Source: Sphaerodactylus townsendi (Eukaryota). Taken from it: 64,000 bases of DNA. Every line of letters starts with the position of its first letter. The stretch's first letter is position 1. This document shows positions 38,840 through 50,734 of the stretch, in pieces. The translations under genes were made by a program, and so were the position numbers. Location of the stretch: assembly GCF_021028975.2 (NCBI RefSeq), contig NC_059428.1, positions 31,124,001 to 31,188,000 on the forward strand, in the 5' to 3' direction. The notes below the pieces were generated by a model that saw only the letters and a program-made list of their open reading frames with translations, was not told where the DNA came from and ran no database searches.

Positions 38840-39146
38840 AGGTAGACTCCGGCCACGTGACGCGGGCGCATCCAATGCCAGAGGGCAACAGCAGAGCTGT
38901 GAGTACATTGTGAGGAAAGCGAAAGGACGTGGAGGGATCCAAGGTGCTCAAGAGCGCCTTCGTATTGGAAAGGCGCCGCCCAATGGGGACGGGAGCGCGC
39001 CTCACGTGGCCGGGCGGAGAGCCAATGAGAAAGCTCCCCCGGGAGGTTCTGGTCCTCGGGTCCATCCGCAAGTTGGGGCAGGCGAAGGGGACCTGTCAAA
39101 GGTGTCGCCCAGCCCGCGCCGAGTGCGTGGCTCGCCCGGACGCGCC
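38840..39146 (+). promoter_or_regulatory. PDX1: PDX1 proximal promoter/5'UTR in a CpG island
   Basis: E-boxes CACGTG at 38854-38859 and 39003-39008. CCAAT at 38872-38876, 38980-38984 and 39022-39026, ATTGG at 38964-38968. No TATA seen. The CCAATGG...CACGTGG...AGAGCCAATG layout resembles the USF-bound mammalian Pdx1 promoter (from recall). Confidence 0.8.
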
Positions 39147-39576
39147 ATGAACGCCGAGGACCAGTATTACGCCTCCAGCCAGCTCTACAAGGAGCCCTGC
39201 GCCTTCCAGAGGTCCCAGCCCCAGGACTACTCCCCGAGCCCCCCCGCCTGCCTGTACATGGGGCGGCAGCAGCAGCCAGCGCCGGAGCCCCCTTACCCCG
39301 GCGCCCTGGGGGGGCTGGAACAAGGCAGCCCGCCAGACATTTCTCCCTACGAGGTGCCCCCCATCACGGAAGATCCAGGCCTCTCCCACCTCCATCACCA
39401 CCCGCACCAGCATCCCCCCCACCATTATCCGCAGCTGCCTCACCCGCACCCAGAAGCTCTGCCCTTCGGAGACGGGATGGAGGCCGGCGCTCTGGAGGAG
39501 CCGAGAGCCCCGCTGCCTTTCCCGTGGATGAAGTCCACCAAAGCCCACGCCTGGAAGGGCCACTGGAGTGTCGCGG
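39147..39576 (+). CDS. PDX1: PDX1 coding exon 1 (transactivation domain and FPWMK hexapeptide)
   Basis: gccATGa start at 39147. Translates [22 protein letters not shown]...[11 protein letters not shown]...[13 protein letters not shown]...[15 protein letters not shown], matching the vertebrate PDX1 N-terminus. Ends at phase-1 donor G|GTAAGA (GT 39577-39578). Confidence 0.97.
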
Positions 39577-40272
39577 GTAAGACGCCTTCCTTCTTCCCTC
39601 TCTCGCTGGGCTGCCCCCACCCCGCTTCTCCTGGCCAGGTGCTGCTTTCAGGTGGCCGACGAGGGGCACCTGGCTGCCAAGGGAGGGGACCAAGCTGGCA
39701 CCCGCGCCAAGTCTCCAGTCTTGTCTCCTCGAAACGCATGCCCAGGCCCCAAGGAGATCGGCTTCTGCCAAGGGCGCTCAGGAGCTCCGGGGCTACACCT
39801 GGCCTGAACAGGTTTCCTTCCGTTTCCTATTAGCAGCGGCAGTTGGGGCCCCTTGGATGACGAGTCCAGTTTCAGGGGAGGGAAATGATTTCCATACATC
39901 GCAGAAGTGGACACACCGGGGGCTTTCTGAGCTCTTGTGCCTGTCTCACTGGCCGCAGGTGCGGTCCGGAAAAAGACCTGCAACACTCGGTGGTGGCGAT
40001 AGGAAGGGGCTGGAGGTTGGGGGGATTCGAACCCATCTTTTGTGATGTTTTACGGCAGGGAAATAAATCGGAACAGAACTAGAACGAGGACACGGAGGGC
40101 CATAAATGAACTCACCACGCTTGTTATGATATCAGCACCTTTTCCCAGGTAGGCGGACACCTGTTGGGAAAACAAAATCGAACAGTGTTAATTAGAAAAT
40201 TATCATAATCACCTCCATATTGTTATTAATAACTTCCTGGAGCACAGTGAAAGGAGGTGGATGTTTGACAGA

Positions 40273-40402
40273 GGCCCCTTCCGCACATGCAGAATAATTC
40301 ACTTTCAATCCACTTTGCAGCTGTATGGAATAGCAAAACCCACTTGCAAACAAGTGTGAAAGTGGATTGAAAGTGGATTATTGTTCATGTGCCGAAGGGG
40401 CC
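40273..40402. mobile_element. PIF/Harbinger-like MITE (family A)
   Basis: TIRs and TSD AGA. Confidence 0.8.
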
Positions 40403-40934
40403 AGAACCTAGGGGGATGGAAAGGTCTGCAAACCGGTGAATTAGTGGGTCTGAGGGAAGTTAAATCTGGATATAACCCCAAACACAAAAGGTCACAATTG
40501 CGGCCAAGATGGCAGTAGCCAATCTAGTTTGACTCACTCCAGCTCGCAAAGAGGTTCGTCGGGAGCAAGTCCAAGAAGCCGTTCCCCCTAAAGCGGTATA
40601 AACTTACCTGCTCACCCAGCAGTCCCCAGGGCGGCCTCCGCGGGTTTGTAATGCACACCTGTGGGCAAAGGTGCCCTGTTTCAATTAAGTCCTTCTTGTT
40701 TCTTTGAGATTGATTCCTGGGGAGTAGTTCTTCGCAGCCTTCTGGTTCTGATTTGCAACCTTTTGTAAGGAATAGAATCCGTGCTAACTTCTGAGCAAGA
40801 TCATTGGGATCTGGTCATTTTAAGAACAGGTGTTTTGATTAGTAACTGCCTCCGGCCGTGCTTTTCTTCCCTCAAAAGGAAACCTCGTTTTGCCTTCTGA
40901 AGTACAAATATATATATATATTTTATTTTTTGTT

Positions 40935-41046
40935 TGTTGTGGATTTTCCGGGTTGTGAGGCCGTCCGTTGTCTGGTGGTTTTAGGGCCACATAGCTCGGA
41001 AAACCCACAACAGTCAGTTGATTCCAGCCCTGAAAGCCTTCGACAA
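40935..41046. mobile_element. Penelope-like element, internally deleted (arms only)
   Basis: tgttgtggattttccgggttgtgaggcc / ggccacatagctcggaaaacccacaaca followed by gttgattccagccctgaaagccttcgacaa. Confidence 0.65.
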
Positions 41047-42041
41047 TGTACTTTTGAAAACTCAAATTCCCTTCTCATGAAATTCTGAAGGGGGTCTGTG
41101 GAGTCTGTTTCTCCCTCGTTTGCTTTCGATTGTAACAGGATCTGAACCCCCAAAAAATGCAACTATCTGCCTGCCATTCACTCAATTAGGTGCATAAAAT
41201 TACGTACTTAATTTGTTTATGTGGGAATTGAAAGGGGCAGAAAAATAATTATTTCCCACCTCACATTCAAAGGGTCCCGGAACCTCAATTCACCATTGAT
41301 TTAATTGCCTGTGCATTTAAACCAAGGGACAACGGGACCAGTAGTGCAGTCAAGTAGCAGTATTACCGAGATCTGCCTGGCAGAAACCCATTTCTGTGCA
41401 CTTACGCACACTCGTGAGTAAACCGTAGTGAACTCCATGGAATTTACTTTCGCTTAACCTTGCTCAGAATTGGCCTGTTTGGAAAAACAAAATCTGCTTT
41501 ACTTTCGCAAAAGCGCCATTGTTACGCATAACATACTGGTAGTGGGTAAATTCTGTGGAACTTTTGCTTTGGGTCGGACGGTTATTCATTCAGAAAGGAT
41601 CGCTGCCTTTCTCTCACTGACCTGGATTCAAATGAAAGAAAAGCGACCCCCTTAAAATGTGAAACACACCAGATGTATTAGTGGGTGTAAGTGTCACTTG
41701 CGTGAGAGTGTGAGACGATCCCCCTTTCATGCCAGACCCATTTGTGTTGAATTTAAATAAATATCCTCCTTCTATTTCACAGTGGGGCTGCCGGTAAACA
41801 AACAATTGGATGGCTGTTTTTCGGGATTAAATGATCCCCTGCTAATTTCAGGAGGCCTCACTCCCAAACGAGTGGATCCTAAAATTAATCTGGGTGCTCT
41901 GTCTGAGCCAGCTTTCAGGATCCACTGGTGTGGCCCGTGGGGTTTTGCTCACAAGTCTCCCCACAAGACTGGAAAGCAACCAGGGTGGAGCATGGATCCT
42001 CCATGTGCTTTTCAGCTCTGTGGAGCTTCAAGCTCTTTCTG

Positions 42042-42169
42042 GGCCCGTTCCGCACATTCAGAATAATGCACATTCAATCCACTTTCACAATTGTTTGAAA
42101 GTGGATTTTGCCATTCCGCACAGCTCCAAAGTAGATTGAAAGTGCATTATTCCGCATGTGCGGAAGGGC
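42042..42169. mobile_element. PIF/Harbinger-like MITE (family A)
   Basis: Same TIRs; TSD unclear. Confidence 0.75.
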
Positions 42170-43197
42170 AGGGCCCCGGTCTTGGGAGCGAGTTGGAGTA
42201 AACTGTGTGGGACAGAACTTCCTTCTCTCCGCAGAAATAACTGCACAGAGTGCAGGCCTGTGTATCTTTGTGCAGGCCTGTGGTTTCTTATGAAATTAAG
42301 GGGAAAGGCTGCGTGGGCATCTCTAACGTTCTTCAGTAATCCCTACAAGATCTTACAGAACAGATTTTGCCAGAAGAAAGGGCTTCTGGTGGCCACCGTA
42401 GACGTGGATCCGGATGCGCGCCTGTTCGTCCCGTCCCACGGAATGTGCGCGTTTGGCTTGCGCCTGGATATGCGCGTTCGCATGCAGAGCAACGAAACCG
42501 GATCATCGGCGTCCGTCGGTCACTTTGGTCCTCGGCTCGGTTATTTGGGATAGGGCTGGTTGATGCCGATGGATCCCAAGAGAATGGATTCTTCCAGAGA
42601 GAGCTGCTGGCGGGGCTTCCCGCAATTGTGATCGGCTCGCGGCCATTAAAACGCGCGCCGCAGGATCAGTGAAACAAACGCCATCCCGTCCCGTTGGGGT
42701 TTTCTCCCATTCTGAGTGGTTTTGAACTCAGAGCAGCCGGAATGAAGAACATGAGGGGGGCGGGGGAAGGGGTGTGTGAGTTTCACACACTGAATTCACA
42801 AGCCCAGTCGTTGCCTGCCCTAGGTTGACACCGTGGCGTGTCACTTTCTCTTTGTGCGTGTGAAGAAGAGACGCGTCGGGTCTCTGTTTTAATTTGGCAC
42901 TAAACCTATTCCAAAGCTCCCGGAAGGTCAGGAAACCAACCAATGTAGCCACTTTAGAAACCGGTGCAGAGCAAACGGAGGCTGAAGCCCCAGCGGGTTG
43001 GCTTCCTTCTTGAATCCTGTGGGGCTTACTTCTGAGTAAACATCGGATGATCCCCTGTTGCTATTTCTGGTTTTATGATAACTGGTTAGTTACTTATGAT
43101 TGCTGATGTTTTATATTGTGATGATGTTGTTGTTCCCCTCCCTGGGCCCCACGGAGGAGGGCGGGATATAAATCAAAAAATGAAATATAAATAGATA

Positions 43198-43314
43198 GGC
43201 CCCTTCCGCACATGCAAAATAATGCGTTTTCAAACCACTTTCACAACTGTTTGCAAGTGGATTTTGCCATTCTGCACAGCTTCAAAGACCATTGAAAGCT
43301 GTTTGAAAGTGCAT
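43198..43314. mobile_element. PIF/Harbinger-like MITE (family A), runs into an assembly gap
   Basis: Left TIR and body match the 23134 and 47499 variant. Confidence 0.75.
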
Positions 43315-43476
43315 NNNNNNNNNNNNNNNNNNNNNNNNNNNNNNNNNNNNNNNNNNNNNNNNNNNNNNNNNNNNNNNNNNNNNNNNNNNNNNNNNNNNNN
43401 NNNNNNNNNNNNNNNNNNNNNNNNNNNNNNNNNNNNNNNNNNNNNNNNNNNNNNNNNNNNNNNNNNNNNNNNNNNN
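43315..43476. other. Assembly gap
   Basis: Run of N starting inside a hairpin MITE. Confidence 0.99.
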
Positions 43477-44522
43477 CTTAGAGACCTGCAAGATTTTGGG
43501 GGCATAATCTTTTGAGACTCAAAGCTGCGCTTTGGTTGGAAACACCCCCATCTTGCTGGTCTCTAAGGTGCCACTGCACCCAACCTGAGTATTCATTCTC
43601 TTGCAGACCAACCCGGCTACCGTCTGCAACCGAGGCAGGACGAGGCCTTCTTCCCTCGAGACTGGGGTGCCTCGTAGTGGGTACGGGCTACTGTCCTCCT
43701 TGTCCTCCGGAGGGGACAAGAGTCAAGAAGGCCCAGTTTGGTGGGGGGGGGGGGCTGCGGGAACGAGGCACTCTCCTGGAAGCGCCGTTGGGGAAACAAC
43801 CCTTCTGTCTGCGGTTGCACAATGTTATCGGAGCCAGCGTTTGGCATGCTCTGGGTCACGCCTTTCTGCAAATATTGCGCGACGGACATTGTTCAGCTAG
43901 ATCGCAGAAATAACGGGGGGGGGGGGGCTTATAAATGTATTTCTGGGGTTACAAACGGAGACCAGCCCATCCCAAAGCTCGGGGGTTGGTGGAGGGAAGG
44001 GACCCAGGCGACGTCATTCTCTGGATCCAACAAAACTAAGCCTAGACACAGACCAGAAAGTGAAAGCCCTGGCAGGATAGCAAACCAGCACCCCTGACCC
44101 TCTAGTACAGATATGGGATTTAGGACACAGAAGAGGCCTCGCTTCTGTGCCCTTTCTATGGAAGGGACCTGCAGAAGGGTCCCAACGGATACCCACTTCT
44201 GGAGGGTAAGTCCTGTAGAATCCGGCGGTGACCTTTCCTGGCGAGTACATGGTGCCCAGCTTGGACGCCATTTCGTTAGATCTGGGAAGCTAAGTAGGGT
44301 CGACCCCATCAGCACTTTAGATTCGAGGTAAGGCAACCGATTTGCGGGGGGGCGGGGGCGGGATGTAATATGTTCTGAAAACTGCAGTTTCTCTTTAGAG
44401 CGAAGACATCAAAATCCCTCAGCGCACGATGTTTATCACGTGGGTGGGTGTGTTAACTTGCGTGGAAGGAGTTTAACGCCCCAGTTTTAACGTGGATAAT
44501 TGAAAGCAACTGTTTTAATTGA

Positions 44523-44678
44523 GGCCCCTTCCACACATGCAGAATAATGCACTTTTAGTCCACTTTCAAAGTGTGCGGAATAGCAAAATCCACTTACTGT
44601 GCGGAATAGCAAAATCCACTTGCAAACAATTGTGAAAGTGGATTGAAAGTGCATTATTGTGCATGTGTGGAAGGGGTC
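44523..44678. mobile_element. PIF/Harbinger-like MITE (family A)
   Basis: TIRs, TSD TGA, and an internal duplication of gtgcggaatagcaaaatccactt. Confidence 0.8.
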
Positions 44679-45732
44679 TGAGTCTGGTCGAGAGCCAGGA
44701 AGAGGCCCAGAGGGGTCTTGCGCTGCATCGAGATTTTCCCAGAAACCATTTGAACATCTGATGCGCTTTCTAGGGTGGATTCCGCACAGCATATTTATAT
44801 CGAGTTGCAATCGTTACAAATGGACTTTTGGTGTTTCCATTTTGTAGCTGTCAGGTAGTTTTTTCTATTTGATAGTATTTGATGACTGACATATTTTACT
44901 GTTAGATATCTTGGTTGCTATTGAGGTTTCACATCTGATCCCGTCGGAGACCCGCTAATTTCAGCATCAGTGGGTTTAGACTGGAGCAACTACGCATCGA
45001 ATCGCACTGCCAAGCACTTACAAACTCTCACCTTCAAAATGCACGTCTGAAATTTGATTTTTTTAAAAAATAAAAACAACTCAAAATCTCAGCGGCAATA
45101 GCTGAAATGGTTGCCAAAGTTTCGATAACTGCACGTCTTCATTTTTGTCCCAGTCCTAACTTTGTCTGCTTTAAGCCCTCAACTGCCTGAAGGAAAACAA
45201 CGTCGGTCGGTGGAACAATATTTCAAAAACGAAAGTTTCGCATCAGTTCCTGACCTTGAAAGTTAACCGACTGTGCAGCGCTAACTCATAAGTGCCCGTT
45301 ACCTGGGCAAGCCCCCGCCAATCTTCCCCCACCCCCCAACCTGAATTTGGTGATCAGCATCTATTGGTGAACTAGCGATATGCATTTAATTTTCCAGGCA
45401 AGGTTCTTCAAGGCGCAGTCCTGACCACACGTATAAGGAAATAAGTCCAACTGAACTCAGGAAGATTTACTTCTGAGAAAAGATATCTGCGCTATGACAG
45501 TCACTTTGTGGCACTGGTCATTTTCAGTTGATTTCCATAAATATGCAGAAGATGCTTATTTTAGACTGCGTCTCCAGGAACGATGAATGAAAAGCAAAAT
45601 CCAGAAAGCAATTGATACCAATCGCTGCCTGGCATAGGTTACAACACAGCCCAAGGCTGAGGAACTTATTTATCCCATTTTGGGGAAGAAACTCGGAGAA
45701 GGGATTCACCCATGCTCGAGTTTCTTGGCTCT

Positions 45733-45850
45733 GGCAGATTCTGCATGGGCCAAAAACAGCGGTGTGAAAGTGGTATAAACCCTTTTAAACAGTTTTATAC
45801 CATTTTACACTGTTTTCACACTGCTGTTTTTGGACCATGCAGAATCCGCC
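45733..45850. mobile_element. Palindromic MITE (family B)
   Basis: TIRs GGCAGATTCTGCATGGGCCAAAAACAGCGGTGTGAAA / TTTCACACTGCTGTTTTTGGACCATGCAGAATCCGCC. Confidence 0.7.
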
Positions 45851-46609
45851 CCTGAGATTTTGAAGGAACACTTCACATTTCGAGAGTCAGTCAGACCTAG
45901 TGGCTGGAGGAGACACAAGTTGTCCTCCCCACTCTGCTGAGGAAGCCTCCGCACTCCCAAACTCTCAACCTTTCCTACCTCACAGGGTTGTTGGTGGATA
46001 AAATGGAGACAAGGAGAGCAATGTAAGCTACTTTGGGTCCCTTTGGAGAGAAAGGTGGGGGTATGAATGAAGTAAATTAGTAATATAATATGTTAATGTA
46101 GTTCTCCAACACTGATAATGTCCTCAGGGCAAGGCACATTTGCTCATTCCCATAAAATCTGTAAGCATGGTTATGTATAGGTTACAGGCAGAACTACACT
46201 GCTGGACACTCTGGTTTACTCACCATATAATGCGTGGTTGATCCCACAGAGATGAAAGGTGTTGACTCCAAAAAAGTATCTGAGGTAAATGTATTAACTT
46301 GCAGTTCACTGATGATTATGTGTTAATACATAATCCTTAATCCTTCAACAGCAATCATGTTTGTCATATATACAGACATATTTTAGTGGGATTTCCCACA
46401 GGAAATGTATACAATATGAGTGATATATATGCTTCCTTAAATGTTCTGTTATACATCAGCTAAGGAGCTGTGGCCAAACTGGATCGTAAGTTTCCAGGAT
46501 TTACCAGTGGCTGATGTGCACTAATAAAAACAGCTTTACTGGGGCAGGCTGTTCACAGGAGCTCATAACATCACATCCATAAACTTGCATTGAATTCAGA
46601 GAGATCTGA

Positions 46610-46707
46610 GGCCCCTTCTGCACATGCAGAATAATGCACTTTCAATCCACTTTCACCATTGTTTGCAAGTGGATTTTGCTATTCCACACAGTATCCAGCT
46701 GCCAAGT
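46610..46707. mobile_element. Truncated family A MITE abutting the Penelope-like fragment
   Basis: Left TIR and body only. Confidence 0.7.
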
Positions 46708-46734
46708 GAGTAACAAACTTCCCTCTGTGATACA

Positions 46735-46775
46735 CCTCTGAAGATACCAGCCACAGATGCAGGCGAAACGTTAGG
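46735..46775 (+). ncRNA. Minimal type I hammerhead ribozyme motif in the PDX1 intron (Penelope-like fragment 46708-46825)
   Basis: CCT-CTGAAGA-T-ACC...GGC-GAAACGTT-AGG. Palindromic stem III, one stem II mismatch. Predicted cleavage after GUU (46772). Confidence 0.55.
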
Positions 46776-47498
46776 AACAAGATCCACCAGACCACGGCCA
46801 CACAGCCCGGAAAACCCACCGCAATAAGGCTAGGTTTTGTTTCTTAAGTCTTTTATCTGGTTCAAATAAATGGAAAAGTTATTGGGATTAATACAAGTGT
46901 TAGGAAAGGAATGAAATAAATGGTACTTACTTATGAGTAATGCACACTCAATCGCTTTCCAATGCTGTGCCCCTTAGTGTGAAGCAGCTCTTCTATTAGA
47001 TGATATTGGTGAACAGATAGTGGGATACTGATAATATCTGATCATGGAAAATTGGTTCCCAATATGAACCAGGATCAATGGCTGATCAGTGGTGTTGTTT
47101 TTTTAAATTTTACATTTGTATGCCTTCTTCAGAGGAATTTGGTGTAGTGCACATAGTTTTTTCCATTGTATGCTCACAACAGCCTTATAAAGTAGGCTAG
47201 ACTGACCAGGAATTATTTGACTAACATCGTCCAGAAAGAAATTCAGGGATATAAACCTGGTTCTAGTGCTGCACTCTAACCTCAACACAAGATTGTCTCT
47301 TTTTTAAAAAAGCACAACTCAAACTAAGATGTAATCCAGCCAAACGTACTGTTAATTTAACCTTCATAATATTCCGGCTGAATCCTGTATTCCTGCAATC
47401 TTCAGATACTTATTATTTGACTAAGGAAGCTTTGACTCCCAGAGCTTATACCTTGAAAATCTAGTTGGTCTTTAAATTGTTACTGGACTTGAATCTTA

Positions 47499-47639
47499 GG
47501 CCCCTTCCGCACACGCAAAATAATGCGTTTTCAAATCACTTTCACAACTGTTTGCAAGTGGATTTTGCCATTCCGCACAGCTTCAAAGAGCATTGAAAGC
47601 AGTTTGAAAGTGCATTATTCTGCATGTGCAGAATGAGCC
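47499..47639. mobile_element. PIF/Harbinger-like MITE (family A variant)
   Basis: TIRs and TSD TTA. Confidence 0.8.
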
Positions 47640-47749
47640 TTAGTCTTCTATGGCAGACCAATACTACTACTCCGCCTACAATTGCCTAGTACAGACTGTC
47701 TGTGTTGCTCTGTACCTGACTCTACTATGTAATTCTTGCACCCTTAGAT

Positions 47750-47885
47750 ATTGAGTGGTGGTTTGCCATTGCCTGCCTCTGCCTCCCAACCCTTGAACTT
47801 CCTTAGTGGTCTCGCATCTAAACGCTGCGAGGGACCACCCCTGTTTAGCTTTTGAGATCGCGCTAGGCTGGACTATTCCGGTCAT
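47750..47885 (-). mobile_element. 5S-rRNA-headed SINE remnant (related pieces near 19140-19230, 26950-27005, 44270-44315)
   Basis: Reverse strand reads gatctcaaaagctaaacagggg…gatgcgagaccac, similar to the 5S internal control region. Confidence 0.45.
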
Positions 47886-49458
47886 GCTGTGTATTCAAAC
47901 ATATACGCACAAATGGTGGAGACATGAGCACACACATGCGTGTAAATGTATGTGTATACATTATATTTATTATTTATCGAATTTATTATACCGCCCACCC
48001 TCAAAGGGCTCACATATGCTCATATACTCACATATGTGTGCATGTTTATTTACACACGCACATCGACGCTTCTGCTATACTGTTGTAAAGGGATAGCGGT
48101 CTGAGCGTGCCCTAGCAGAATAAAACAATAGTCCAGTGGGATTCTAAAGACTAATGTTTGTTTCAGTATGAGTTTTCATGAGTAATCTTCTTCAGGTATA
48201 GGTGAAGGGGAAATCATCTTGGGAAATCTTATGGGGAAGGTTACGATATATATATGTAAAATATATATATAAAAATATCCTACCCCATACACGGACCAAG
48301 CTGCAGTCAAAGGCAAAACCTTTTTATGTCTGCTGGCGTTTAAGTCTCGGTAAGAGAATTCAGTGAATGTCAGTCCGTGAACTTCATTCCCCGGTGAAGA
48401 AAGGTTACCTGCGCGGCCGTGAAACATAAGGAGGAGCCAGTTCTGGGAGTGAGCCCCTTGGGACGCGAGGAAACCTGAACTAGCGGATTGGAAGGTTTCG
48501 CTCCGGGGGTCTCCTCGAGCTGCGGCCGAAGGGGTTTCAGAGCCCTTCCAATGGCGAGCGAGGCCACCAGATCTGGTGCTCTGATCCATCGGAACCGGAA
48601 AGCTTCAAAAAATTCTGAAGTCCGCAGTCCGGATGCAAATGTCAAGAAAATAGAAAAAGAACTCTCAAGGGGCCAAATCCGCAGTCCAGATATGAGCTGA
48701 AATTATTTCTGAGTCCACTGGATAGGACAACACCAGCAACGCCTGGTCTACCAGGAGAGTCCTCTACCACATGGCGCTTGGTCTTTTCGCTCCGGGAGAG
48801 AAATTTGCCTGGAAGAAGCCGTGCCTATTTGGGGTTCCAGCCGCCCAAGACTACTTTCTCGTCAAAAAGACACTGCGGGGCTGGGGGTGGTGGTTGGGGG
48901 TGGGGTGGGGGAGCAGAGATTCAGAGGGCTGATACTCTGGCTCCCCTCTCTTTTAGCTTTTGATGGTTCTGCAGCTCGCTTCGCCTCAGATGGTTCCCCA
49001 GCCAGAGCGCAGCGCAGTCAAGGGAACGGGTTCGGGACGTGGGTCCCTCCGGAGCCTCTGGTTCGTGCCCCCCTCCCTGATCTCAGGCCACATCCCTGCT
49101 CCACCGCTTGGGTTCTTTTCCCGCTCGCTCTCCGGAGCTCCTTCTGTTACGACTCTCTTCCTGTGTATTGGAGGGAAGGTTTCCGCTTTGACTGTCCCAA
49201 GCCCCGTCCGATGCCTTTTTGGAGTACTGTGGGGGTGCCCAGGGTGGAAGTCAGGAGGAGGTCCACAAACCTTTTTCAAGCAGCGATCCTCACAGCACTA
49301 AGGCGGCTGATCTTTGGGCTTCATCTTCTACCGCAAGCAGATGGCAGTCTTCTTTGGGGAGGGCCATCCATCTGGTCAGCCGCAGCCCATTGGCAGTGGT
49401 CATACTTCTCCTGAAGGGAAGTGTTCCTTTGTAAAACTCCTGGAGGAGGAGGAGTTGT

Positions 49459-49700
49459 CTGTTGTGGGGTTCCCGGGCTGTGGCCCTGGTCTGGCGGTTT
49501 TCACGCCTCCCGTTTTTCTCTGGCTGGCCTCTTCAGAGACAGGTCCCGGTAAGACGTGTCTCTCCCGGTGCCTCTGAAGGTGCCAGTCATAGATGCGGGT
49601 TGGGAAAACCCTTAGGAGCAAAAACTACCAGACCATGGTCATACAGCCCGGAAAAACCACAACAGCCGGTTGATTCCTGCCCTGAAAGCCTTCCACAACA
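49459..49700. mobile_element. Penelope-like inverted-repeat element, hammerhead core degenerate
   Basis: Arms ctgttgtggggttcccgggctgtgg / catacagcccggaaaaaccacaacag. Core is CTGAAGG with a disrupted GAAAC. Confidence 0.7.
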
Positions 49701-50601
49701 CGCACGCAAGGACGCACGCACTCACACACAATAAGTTACATTGGCTAGAATGAAAAAGCACCCTAGTGTATAAATCGGTAGATTTTGTAAAAGTGTTATT
49801 TTGCCCCCGGACTCTTTTCTGTTTACATAAAATAACTCACACATTCAGCGACACCTGTGGGGTCATTTCTTATTGCCTTTTTTGCCATTTCCCCCTCCCC
49901 TACAAAGTGCAAGAGGCTAACGCGTTGACCCCAAGAAAAAGAAATAATGTTTTTTAGATGTAACCTTTCCCATTGCTATCTGTGGGTTTCCAGAAATTCG
50001 AGAGTCTTCTTACCAAGTAAGTAATCCCGTTTAGCTGCAAAGAAACTGGCCCTGAGAAATTTCGGTTCCAGCCATCAGTAGTCCACTAATTTACTTTGGT
50101 TTGCTGTCAGTGGGCTACAAAATGGTGTGGAAATTGAGTGGAGGATGGAGGATTTCCCCGAAGACAGGTCCGGAAGGCGTTTTGTTTTGGAAACCAAACG
50201 CATCTCAATGGTACTGAATTGAAACGCGACACTCCATTGAAACGCGACACTCCATTGAGAAGTCACTCCCCCCCACCCCCAGTGTTTATGAACATCGTAT
50301 TTTTTTTTCTGTTGGCGTGCATGTGTGGTTTTGTGTCCCATTTCAATTTCCAGATTTTGCATTATCAGCTGGATTCCCAAACAAGTTTGCCCAAAGTGTT
50401 TAGGACAGGATATGTCCAGGGTTAAATGCTTTAAAAAATAATTTCAGTGACAGAAACCAGAGCCAAATTAAAAATCTCACTGCCACTCGAATTCCCAACA
50501 TAGGAAGTCGCCCTTTTCTGCTTTGTTACCTACCAGTTTAAAATGTATGAGCGGGCAGCTGTCAGAAACCCAACATTTCAGGCTGCAGTCTTATACGTTT
50601 T

Positions 50602-50734
50602 TCCGCACATGCAGAATAATGCACTTTCAATCCACTTTCACAATTGTTTACAAGTGGATTTTGCTATTCCACACAGTAAAATCCAGCTGCAAAGTGCATT
50701 GAAAGTGCGTTATTCTGCATGTGCGGAAGGGGCC
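50602..50734. mobile_element. PIF/Harbinger-like MITE (family A)
   Basis: Same body; left tip eroded. Confidence 0.75.

Noticed and set aside
38775-39146. In-frame N-terminal extension of the 352-aa ORF (TTG start; ATG at 38811)
   Set aside because: It lies over the promoter E-box/CCAAT elements and homology to PDX1 begins at ATG 39147. GC-rich sequence is often stop-free by chance.
39577-39833. Read-through of exon 1 into the intron
   Set aside because: A strong donor sits at the conserved position and the downstream peptide has no recognisable similarity.
47790-47885. 5S rRNA gene
   Set aside because: Too diverged and fused to a SINE-like tail; a remnant, not a gene.
49565-49620. Active hammerheads at 49573 and 58490-58630
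   Set aside because: Core positions are mutated (CTGAAGG, lost or altered GAAAC).
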